Assembly (NCBI GenBank): GCA_038042445.1
Contig: JBBTED010000021.1
Span: 76,024-140,023 of the forward strand
Direction: 5' to 3'
Source: Candidatus Firestoneibacteriota bacterium
Lineage (GTDB): Bacteria; Oederibacteriota; D2-FULL-39-29; JBBTED01
Length of the DNA stretch: 64,000 nucleotides
The translations under genes and the position numbers were made by a program. The notes beneath the pieces are model-generated. The model was not told the DNA's origin. It was given only the letters and a program-made list of their open reading frames with translations, and ran no database searches. Shown in pieces: positions 30,533-38,484 of this stretch (its first letter is position 1; the number at the start of each line of letters is the position of its first letter).

Positions 30533-30608
30533 TTGTTTTCCCCTCCTCATTAGATTTATAACTTCTTCTTCAATTTCCATTATTTATATTAGTTTTTTAA
30601 AATCTCAA

Positions 30609-31541
30609 TTACCGCATAAAATAAACACCCGATGGATGATTTGATCCATGTATATTCACATGACAATTTTGGCAAGAACGATTAATAATGCGAGAGTTTT
30701 GTTGTTTCACAGCCGAATCATCATAAAGTGTGCTCGGGTGCCTAGTCCCCACATGACACCGCTGACATAAAAGAAACGGACTTTTGGCTATGAGCATCTT
30801 GTCCTGCAAAGAACCATGAGCATCGTGACAAGTCAAACAATTTTCCTGAACAGGAGCATGCTCCCAAAGAAAAGGACCACGCTTTTCCGCATGACAGGTA
30901 AGACAAAGCTCCCTTGTAGAAGCAGTTTTTAAATTTTTGGCATATGGGGATCCATGAGGGTCGTGGCAAGTAACACAGGAAAGTTTTCCCTCCTTAGTCG
31001 GCATATGAGAAGCTTTAGACATATGAGCCTTTTTATCTTTATGACATTGAAAACAATTTTCAGTCGACGTTTTCTTTTTCAGCAATTTCCCCTGATCCGG
31101 TCCCGGCACAGAAGATTTATGAGAATTGTGACAAGAATTACAGGTTAAACCTTGACGCGAATGTGTGCTCCCCTTCCAATTAGGATGGGTGTTGCCATGA
31201 CATTGCAAACAAGAATTTGCTAATTCTTTTGGATTTGTCTTTGGTCCAAGAATAGTGGCATAACCAGCCGCATTTTTATCTCCTGCAGCTTCCGCATGAA
31301 GCGAACCTGCACCATGACAAGTTTCACAATGTTCAGCTTGATTCAATTGCTTTTCTTTAACAAACGTTTTCGCATGAAAACTTTTTTGAAATTCCTTTCC
31401 ATGGTCATCATGACAAGTCATACATTTCTCAGAACCAATATGTCCAGCTTTTTCCTCTGAGTACGTAACTCGCACAAGAGTAAAAAAACATACAATGCTT
31501 ACAATACAAAATATATTTACTATATATTTCATTTTACCCAT
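30609..31541 (-). CDS. mtrA: Periplasmic decaheme cytochrome c, DmsE/MtrA/MtoA family
   Basis: Ten CxxCH motifs counted (CMTCH, CETCH, CLQCH, CNSCH, CFQCH, CVTCH, CLTCH, CLTCH, CQRCH, CQNCH), EKRGPFLWEHAPV and IHGSNHPSG family motifs, signal peptide. Confidence 0.95.
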   Translation of the reverse strand: MGKMKYIVNIFCIVSIVCFFTLVRVTYSEEKAGHIGSEKCMTCHDDHGKEFQKSFHAKTFVKEKQLNQAEHCETCHGAGSLHAEAAGDKNAAGYATILGPKTNPKELANSCLQCHGNTHPNWKGSTHSRQGLTCNSCHNSHKSSVPGPDQGKLLKKKTSTENCFQCHKDKKAHMSKASHMPTKEGKLSCVTCHDPHGSPYAKNLKTASTRELCLTCHAEKRGPFLWEHAPVQENCLTCHDAHGSLQDKMLIAKSPFLLCQRCHVGTRHPSTLYDDSAVKQQNSRIINRSCQNCHVNIHGSNHPSGVYFMR

Positions 31542-31617
31542 ATTATCCTCCATTTCTCTAATTCTATAAATTATTTCCTAATATATAAGTTTATAACTAT
31601 ACTTGAGTTATTATATA

Positions 31618-31633
31618 TGCAATTTTCGTGCCA
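31618..31633 (-). promoter_or_regulatory. Sigma-54 (-24/-12) promoter for mtrAB
   Basis: Minus strand TGGCACGAAAATTGCA matches the TGGCACG-N4-TTGC consensus. Confidence 0.9.
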
Positions 31634-31722
31634 ACTTTTTAAAATATTTACGATTTTTTTGTGTAGGTTTTATCAATAGATTTACAAGGACAATTTATAA
31701 TCTTAAAACTTGTATAGATTTA

Positions 31723-31758
31723 TGTGTATTTTTACACACAACTGTGTAAAAATACACA
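31723..31758. promoter_or_regulatory. Candidate upstream activator sequence: two palindromic boxes in inverted arrangement
   Basis: TGTGTATTTTTACACA and TGTGTAAAAATACACA about 90-125 bp upstream of the -24 element. Confidence 0.72.
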
Positions 31759-31810
31759 GTTTAGATTAGAGATTGTGAGATAATTCTATTTTCTAGCTTT
31801 TTTCTGTACT

Positions 31811-31882
31811 GGTAGTCGCAAGCTTTAGCTTGCGGTATTATAGCTTTTACCATTTTTCCGCAGGCTAAAGCCTGCGACTACC
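31811..31882. repeat. REPIN-like doublet (family B2)
   Basis: GGTAGTCGCAAGCTTTAGCTTGCG...CGCAGGCTAAAGCCTGCGACTACC. Confidence 0.88.
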
Positions 31883-31928
31883 ATATATAATATAACACAG
31901 TCTAAATGGCAGTTATAGAACAATCTCT

Positions 31929-33305
31929 TTATTCTTTTGATTCAAGAATTCCTAACTTTATTGCTCTATATCTCAAAGAATCACGACTAATTCCAAGAAT
32001 TTTTGCGGCCCGCACTTGATTCCCATTCGTTTTATGCAATGCCTGCAAAATAAGTTCTTTTTCAAATTCTTTGAGTGTAGATTTTTCTTTGGCTGTTTTG
32101 TTAAATTCTGGCATTTCTCCTTCATAACTTCTTAATTCTAAAGGCAAATGAGTAAGATTAATATTCTCTACCGCTCCGATTATAATTGCACGTTCTATAA
32201 TATTTTTTAATTCTCTTATATTCCCAGGCCAGTGATACCGCAAAAAAACATTTTTTACTTCCTTAGACAAAACAGGTGGATTTTTTTTCTTCAATTCATA
32301 GCTATATTGTTTCAAAAAATGCTCTGTGAGTAAAATAATATCTTCCATCCGTTCTCTAAGTGGAGATAATTTTAAAGTAAAAGCATTTAATCGATAATAT
32401 AAATCATTACGGAATTCGCCTATTTTAATTGCCTTGGTTAAATCTTTATTTGTTGCTGCAATAATTCCAACATTAACTTCTATATCTGAAACAGCACCCA
32501 GTGGTCTAAAAGATTTATTTTCAATTAATTGCAAAATTTTTGCCTGAAGACTTAGACCCATATCACCTATTTCATTTAAAAATAATGTTCCTTCATCTGC
32601 ACTATGCACAAGACCTTTTTTTGCTTGTTTTGCATCTGTAAACGCGCCCTTTTCATAACCAAACAATTCACTTTCAAGCAAATTATCCGGTATAGCAGCA
32701 CAATTTATCTCAACGAATGGCTTCTTTATCCTTTTACTTTCGTAATGTATTGCTTTTGCAAGAATATCCTTACCTGTGCCACTCTCCCCACAAATTAAAA
32801 TTGGAGATGCACTGCTATTTACTAATTTTTTTGCAAATTCCACTACTTCCAGTATTGACTTGTTTTTCCCTACAATACTAGAAAAACTATATTGCCTTAA
32901 TTGTTGATTCCTTAACGATTTTGCTTCCACATAAACACTTGCATTTTCAATAACTTTATCAATAAGCAATCTTAACTCATCTAAATCAAATGGTTTATTA
33001 ATATAATCATTCGCTCCTCTTTTCATAGCCTCTATAGCAGTAGAAATGTCTCCAAAAGCTGTAATCATTATCACAGGAATTTCTAAATCGGATTCTTTTA
33101 TTTTTTTCAAAATTTCCAAACCATCAATTCCAGGGAGCTTAATATCACATAAAACCAAATGAGGATGAAAATTTATAAATTTTTCAAAACCATCTTCGCC
33201 AGTTTCTGCCACTACTATATCATAACCATATTTAAATAAATTTTCCTTCAAAGACCACCTTATTAATTCCTCGTCATCAATTACTAAAATTTTCTTTTTA
33301 ATCAT
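31929..33305 (-). CDS. Sigma-54-dependent response regulator (NtrC family: REC-AAA-Fis)
   Basis: ILVIDDE, GESGTGK, ESELFG, GAFTDA, WPGNIREL, Fis HTH. Walker B reads FLNE rather than FLDE. Confidence 0.92.
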   Translation of the reverse strand: MIKKKILVIDDEELIRWSLKENLFKYGYDIVVAETGEDGFEKFINFHPHLVLCDIKLPGIDGLEILKKIKESDLEIPVIMITAFGDISTAIEAMKRGANDYINKPFDLDELRLLIDKVIENASVYVEAKSLRNQQLRQYSFSSIVGKNKSILEVVEFAKKLVNSSASPILICGESGTGKDILAKAIHYESKRIKKPFVEINCAAIPDNLLESELFGYEKGAFTDAKQAKKGLVHSADEGTLFLNEIGDMGLSLQAKILQLIENKSFRPLGAVSDIEVNVGIIAATNKDLTKAIKIGEFRNDLYYRLNAFTLKLSPLRERMEDIILLTEHFLKQYSYELKKKNPPVLSKEVKNVFLRYHWPGNIRELKNIIERAIIIGAVENINLTHLPLELRSYEGEMPEFNKTAKEKSTLKEFEKELILQALHKTNGNQVRAAKILGISRDSLRYRAIKLGILESKE

Positions 33306-33348
33306 AATTTTTTCCCTTATGGTTGATATTCTTTTCACCAGACCATAT

Positions 33349-34740
33349 TCAATTTTTATTCACAGGAAGTTTTATAACAAAACAGGTTTTTTTCACTTCC
33401 TCACTTGTAAATTCAATTATTCCATTATGCATTTTAACAATATTCTGGCTGGTAAAAAGCCCTAAACCTGTACCACCAGGCTTTGTTGTAAAAAAAGGCT
33501 GAAAAATTTTGTCTACATATTTACTTGGTATTCCTTTTCCAGTATCACAAATTGAAATTATCACAAAATCATCTAAAAGTGAAGTGTTTATAGCTAACAC
33601 TCCACCTTTAGGCATTGCACTGATTGCATTCAAAAAAATATTTACAAAAACCTGAAGTATTAATTCTGCGTCTAAATTTAAATCAGGAATTTCCTTACTG
33701 TACTGTTTTTCTACTTTTATTTGATGATCAGTAATATGTTTATGGACAAAGAAAAAAGCTTTTTCAATAATCTCCTGAATGTTAACACTTTTTATTTCTA
33801 ATGTTATTGGCTTAGAATAATTTAACAAATTTTCAACAGTTTTTGCTAATCTATTCACCTGAATATTTATTTTTTCATATATTTCTTTTTGTATCGGTAT
33901 TTTTGCAGATTGCTCTAATGTCTGAAAAGCAGCTTTTATACCTGCCAATGGATTTTTAATCTCATGAGCTAAACTTGCGTAAAGTTTTCCTAAAGATGCA
34001 AGTCTATCTGCATGGGCAATCTGTTCCTGATGATATTTCTATATTGATTCTTTAGATTGTTTCAGATTATCCACCATTTTATTGAAATTTTCAGCTAAAA
34101 CATCCAATTCATTATTTTCTTTAATATCCACATTTACATTCAAATCACCCTGACTTACTTTATTAAATGCTAAAAGCAATTTTTGTATAGGACGATTCAC
34201 TACCTTTTTCATAAAAAATACAAGTACAAGTGATATAACTAATAAAATAGCAAGAGTCATTATAATATGCATTTTAGCATTATCCATTATATTATCCATA
34301 AGAGATTTCCATGAAATGGATATTTCCAAAAAACCTATTATACTTTCATTTGACTTATGACAACCATAACATTTCTTTTTATTTACAATTTGCTGTTTAA
34401 ATACATAAATAGGTTCTCCATTTTTATAAGTCAGTTCTGCGGATTTATTATTTTTTGATACAGACTCAACTTTTAATATTCTAACACCAGACAAATGTTG
34501 TCCTTCATTTAAATTTTTTAGTACACTATCCAATTTTTTCTGTTTGCCAGATAACATAATATCTTCAATACTTTTAAGGATAGTATCTGCTATAACTTTT
34601 GCATGTTCTGATTCAGCTTTCAACCATTCTTTTTTTTGAAATTTTATATCAAAATAACCGGCAATTAAACTTACAATAGAAAATACCAAAATAATAACAA
34701 AAACCAATTGGAAACTTAAATTACGATGAACTTTTCGCAT
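33349..34740 (-). pseudogene. Sensor histidine kinase (periplasmic CxxCH, HAMP, HisKA, HATPase) interrupted by one in-frame TAG at 34039-34041
   Basis: ORFs 34039-34839 and 33349-33948 share a frame; reading through gives ...KQSKESI*KYHQEQIAHADRLASLGKLYASLAHEIKNPLAGIK..., collinear with the intact paralogue at 38485-39870. Confidence 0.85.
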
Positions 34741-34927
34741 ATTTTTTATACACCACACAAAATTCACAGGTTTTATGAGTTCCAAGCACTTCATCACACA
34801 TTGTATTTTTAATTTCCCAGCATGGTAATTTATGGCCAAAGTAAGAAGGACAAGTTTTATAAACAGAACAATCTTTCATTTTCCAACAAGGTATTTTGTC
34901 TGTCCAAAAACTTTTGGTTTCATTCAT
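34721..34927 (-). CDS. Small cysteine-rich two-CW-type domain protein
   Basis: PCWKMKDC...CP...PCWEIKNTMC...CEFCVVY pattern; overlaps the kinase start. Confidence 0.72.
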   Translation of the reverse strand: MNETKSFWTDKIPCWKMKDCSVYKTCPSYFGHKLPCWEIKNTMCDEVLGTHKTCEFCVVYKKYAKSSS

Positions 34928-34938
34928 AGGCAAGAGGT

Positions 34939-34968
34939 ATTATAAAATAGAAACAACTATTATGTAAA
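34939..34968 (-). promoter_or_regulatory. Sigma-70 promoter for the CW-protein/kinase/regulator operon
   Basis: Minus strand TTTACA-18 nt-TATAAT, homologous to 28121-28149. Confidence 0.6.
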
Positions 34969-34972
34969 GAAT

Positions 34973-35008
34973 AAAAAAACCCATGCCTATAATAGACATG
35001 GGTTTTTT
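34973..35008. terminator. Intrinsic terminator downstream of the cytochrome-porin
   Basis: A7-CCCATG-loop-CATGGG-T6. Confidence 0.8.
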
Positions 35009-35107
35009 ACAAACTACACGTATTTTGTCATACGGCACGCGGGAGGTGTAACAAACGCACCATTATCATAGTGTAATTTGAAAACAAATGTAAAACATTT
35101 TTTCCTT

Positions 35108-36262
35108 TTAGAACATATATTGAGCTTCTATAGAAAATTTGTTTGTGTTTTTGGCACTCGCCTGACTAAGTGTATATTCGCCTACGAATCTGCCATACAT
35201 ATATGGTCTCCAGACCAAACCCATTACAGGTCCCTGTGTTTCATCAACAGTTTTTTCTGTATTAGAATCAAAATAGTCATACCTCACATAAGGAGTCACT
35301 ACATCTGAAAGCAGTTTATACCCTACTTCAAGATAACCACCAAGACTATACTGTTTGTCAGCACCTGCATTTTTTGTATTTCTTCCTGACAATAAAAGTC
35401 CTGTTAATGTCCAGGTTGAAGTAAAATAATTGAACATAGGGCCAACTTGATAGAAATTGTCATCAAAACCAGTCATTGGAGCTTGTCCTATGTATCCATA
35501 CATTCCAACTATACTTCCATCACTATCTAATTCATAATCAGCAGTAACATATACGTCTTTAAAATTATTATTATCTACTACGTTAAAATTACTAGCACCT
35601 GTGCCATTAACTACACCCAAAGAAGCCATAACATTCCAACTACATTTATGGCTTAATTCTATGCCATAATTTCTTTGGAATGGTTTATACGGATTGCTTC
35701 CAACAACACTTGTAAGAGCTAATGATCTGTCCTTCCCTAATCTTCCACCTGTTCCATGAATATATAGAAGCTGTGAAAGAATCTGACCGAATCTAACTGT
35801 TGTATAACTCTTTTCATCTCCTGTGGTATACTGAATAAATGCTTCTGCTAATTTGCTACGGGCAAAATCATTAAAATCACTTGTTCCAGAATTTTTGCCT
35901 GAATTTTCATGAAAATACATTTCTGCAAAATATGAAAATCCACTACCCAATGCACCTCCTGTATACAAAGAAAATGCATGCTGTTCAAAGCTGCTTATTT
36001 TTTTATCTTCAGCATTAAATCTGACTTTCCCAGTAAAACTTGCATAATCACTCAAATTCTTTCCTGCTTCTTCATTTGCCATCATATGGCCCATTCTTAA
36101 AAAATCCTGACCTGTTTTGTTAAGCTTATTTACATTCCAATGACACATAGTGCAATCAGCACCATATTTTCTCGCCCATGCTGCAATTGCAAAAGAATCT
36201 TTTGCAACTACACCTAAAGCAAAAGTAATTATTGCAATTACTAACAACATTTTTGCTTTCAT
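35108..36262 (-). CDS. Monoheme cytochrome c-porin fusion, Cyc2-like
   Basis: Signal peptide, then AIAAWARKYGADCTMCHWNVNKLNKTGQDFLRMGH (resembles the Cyc2 N-terminal AxPxFAR-CxxCH-PxLN-G-F-GY pattern), followed by a beta-barrel ending in QYMF. Confidence 0.75.
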   Translation of the reverse strand: MKAKMLLVIAIITFALGVVAKDSFAIAAWARKYGADCTMCHWNVNKLNKTGQDFLRMGHMMANEEAGKNLSDYASFTGKVRFNAEDKKISSFEQHAFSLYTGGALGSGFSYFAEMYFHENSGKNSGTSDFNDFARSKLAEAFIQYTTGDEKSYTTVRFGQILSQLLYIHGTGGRLGKDRSLALTSVVGSNPYKPFQRNYGIELSHKCSWNVMASLGVVNGTGASNFNVVDNNNFKDVYVTADYELDSDGSIVGMYGYIGQAPMTGFDDNFYQVGPMFNYFTSTWTLTGLLLSGRNTKNAGADKQYSLGGYLEVGYKLLSDVVTPYVRYDYFDSNTEKTVDETQGPVMGLVWRPYMYGRFVGEYTLSQASAKNTNKFSIEAQYMF

Positions 36263-36307
36263 TTCTTTTACCCTCCTATTTTGTAATCTTTTAATACTCT
36301 CAAAACT

Positions 36308-36330
36308 CGCAGGCTAAAGCCTGCGTCTAC
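36308..36330. repeat. REP single arm (family B2)
   Basis: CGCAGGCTAAAGCCTGCGTCTAC. Confidence 0.8.
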
Positions 36331-36378
36331 AATGTAATAAATATTTCTACTTATTTACTTATCACCTCCTTTATCTAT

Positions 36379-36774
36379 TCAACATTTTTCTATTTTACAA
36401 ATTTTTATTTTGTCAGAATTGATATTTTTTTTCAAACAATTTATAAGATTTTTATTAATTATTTCTTTTATCTTAAAAATTTTCTCAGAAGTTAATGTTG
36501 CTCCTTTATCTTTCATTAATAAAAAACCGAGTAAAGACTCAGACATGTCTTTAACTAATTCGGGTATTATCTTTTTATGTTTTTCCGAAATACATTCCGC
36601 ACTTAAATATTCATTAGTAGTATTTTCTATTGCTTCATCTATTAAAAATGATATTTCTCTCAGTCCACTTCCCTGATACTTAATATCTTTAAAAGATTTG
36701 TATATAGCATCTTTGAAATCACTACAAATTTTGTCCTTATCATTTAGGCATAATAACGCTTTATATTTTTTCAT
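36379..36774 (-). CDS. Hypothetical helical protein, first gene under the second sigma-54 promoter
   Basis: 131-aa ORF from ATG 36774; the longer ORF-track start reads through a REP doublet. No family recognised. Confidence 0.5.
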   Translation of the reverse strand: MKKYKALLCLNDKDKICSDFKDAIYKSFKDIKYQGSGLREISFLIDEAIENTTNEYLSAECISEKHKKIIPELVKDMSESLLGFLLMKDKGATLTSEKIFKIKEIINKNLINCLKKNINSDKIKICKIEKC

Positions 36775-36783
36775 ATATATTAT

Positions 36784-36840
36784 ATAGCTGCAGAGCAAAG
36801 CTCTGCTAAAAAACAGCAAAGCTTTCGCTTTGCTGCTACA
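36784..36840. repeat. REPIN-like doublet (GTAGC type)
   Basis: ATAGCTGCAGAGCAAAGCTCTGCT...AGCAAAGCTTTCGCTTTGCTGCTACA; related arm at 40526-40551. Confidence 0.7.
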
Positions 36841-36896
36841 TAAACCATACAAAATCCATTAAATATTAGAATGGTTAATCTATTATACATTATTTA

Positions 36897-36912
36897 TGCA
36901 AGAACTATGCCA
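36897..36912 (-). promoter_or_regulatory. Sigma-54 (-24/-12) promoter for the cytochrome-porin operon
   Basis: Minus strand TGGCATAGTTCTTGCA with correct GG-N10-GC spacing. Confidence 0.85.
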
Positions 36913-37040
36913 ATTTTTTAATGTATTATAAAATGTATTGAAATTACTGTAGTTATATTGATAAATTTAATAGTTAATAGAAGAATATTACCATAGATAA
37001 TTGTATTGTTTTAGGACAATATTTGAATAGTTGTATTATT

Positions 37041-38399
37041 TTAAGACAAATCTTTAGATATTGAATATTGCTGGATTTTCCTATAAAGAGTATCTCTGGA
37101 TATTCTTAATATTTCAGCAGCTTTTAATTTATTTCCATTTGTAGATTTAAGAACTGAAATTATAGCAGATTTTTCTGATTCCTCAAGGGAACATACTTTT
37201 ACAGTATCAGAATTATTAGTTTCTAATACTCGCATATGCGAAGGTAAATCCTGTTCAACAAAAATATTTTTATTCACTTTAATTGCGAATAAACCTTCTA
37301 TTAAATTTTCCAATTCACGAACATTGCCTGGCCAGTTGTATTTTACTAAAACATCCAATGCTTCACGTTCAAAACCCTCTACTTTCTTTTTGTATTTATC
37401 ATTAAATTTATCAATAAAATATTTCACAAGAAGTGGAATATCTTCTTTTCTTTCTCTAAGTAGAGGAATTGTGATAGTAATAGTGCTTAATCTATAGTAC
37501 AGTTCCTTTCTTATGCCACTTTTATTTCCATCAGAAATTATATTATGCGATGATGCAGCAAGAATTCTTACATTTACAGCTATTTCTTTTATATCACCTA
37601 CAGGCCTTATTTTTTTGTCCTGAAGGACTCTTAAAAGTTTTGCCTGACTTTCCTTTGGCATTTCACTAATTTCATCAAGCAATATTGTCCCTCCTTCACT
37701 TGCTCTGAATATACCTATATAATCCGAATTCGCACCTGTAAAACTTCCTTTTTTATAACCAAAAAGTTCACTCTCAACAAGATTTGAAGGAATACCTCCA
37801 CAATTTATCGGCATAAATGTATTATTTTTTCTATTACTTAAATTATGTATTGCTCTTGCAACAAGTTCTTTTCCAACACCAGTTTCTCCAAGTATCAAAA
37901 CAGGACAATCTACAGATGCCGATGCCCTTATTCTATCAAAAACATTTTTCATTAATTTACTTTCTCCAATAATATTTTCGATGCTATATTTCGAATTAAG
38001 CTGGCTCTGTAAATGAGCAACATCAGTCTCAAGTTTCATTATTTTAAATAAGCGATTAATACAAATCATAATCTGATCTTTAGTAAAAGGTTTAATTATA
38101 TAATCAGAAGCTCCCATTTTTATTGCTGTAACTGCATCCTGAATTGTTCCATAACCAGTCATCATAATAACTTCAATAGCAGGACTATGTTCTTTGATTT
38201 TTTTCAAAAGCTCAAATCCATTCATTTGACCCATTCTAATATCGGTTATAATAATTTTAACGTCCTGCTCAATCTTGATTTTCTCAATAGCTTCCTCACC
38301 AGAATATGCCTTAACAGTAGAAAATCCCTGTCTTAAAAAAAGTTTTGCGCAGGTCTCTACCATACCCTTATCATCATCAACAATTAAAATTTTTATCAT
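37041..38399 (-). CDS. Sigma-54-dependent response regulator (NtrC family)
   Basis: ILIVDDD, GETGVGKE, ESELFG, GSFTGA, LLDE, WPGNVREL, Fis HTH. Confidence 0.92.
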   Translation of the reverse strand: MIKILIVDDDKGMVETCAKLFLRQGFSTVKAYSGEEAIEKIKIEQDVKIIITDIRMGQMNGFELLKKIKEHSPAIEVIMMTGYGTIQDAVTAIKMGASDYIIKPFTKDQIMICINRLFKIMKLETDVAHLQSQLNSKYSIENIIGESKLMKNVFDRIRASASVDCPVLILGETGVGKELVARAIHNLSNRKNNTFMPINCGGIPSNLVESELFGYKKGSFTGANSDYIGIFRASEGGTILLDEISEMPKESQAKLLRVLQDKKIRPVGDIKEIAVNVRILAASSHNIISDGNKSGIRKELYYRLSTITITIPLLRERKEDIPLLVKYFIDKFNDKYKKKVEGFEREALDVLVKYNWPGNVRELENLIEGLFAIKVNKNIFVEQDLPSHMRVLETNNSDTVKVCSLEESEKSAIISVLKSTNGNKLKAAEILRISRDTLYRKIQQYSISKDLS

Positions 38400-38405
38400 A
38401 TCATG

Positions 38406-38464
38406 TATCATGCTGAATTTATTTCAGCATCTCTTTTAGACCCTGAAACAAGTTCAGGGTGACA
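38406..38464. repeat. Palindromic repeat family A doublet, intergenic
   Basis: TATCATGCTGAATTTATTTCAGCATCT...AGACCCTGAAACAAGTTCAGGGTGACA; arms nearly identical to 8998-9066. Confidence 0.88.
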
Positions 38465-38484
38465 ATTCAAAGCTTGTCCTGAAT

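Noticed and set aside
2648..30969. Short alternative-frame minus-strand ORFs (2648-2830, 29866-30072, 30085-30300, 30742-30969)
   Set aside because: Nested within cas3, mtrB or mtrA in other frames; no independent evidence.
34039..34041. Genome-wide TAG reassignment (alternative genetic code)
   Set aside because: TAG ends other genes at their expected lengths (tupA, the SpoIIE fusion) and only one internal TAG was found.
36331..36378. Strong SD-like AAGGAGGTGA upstream of the cytochrome-porin, suggesting a small peptide gene
   Set aside because: No suitably spaced start codon with an open frame follows.
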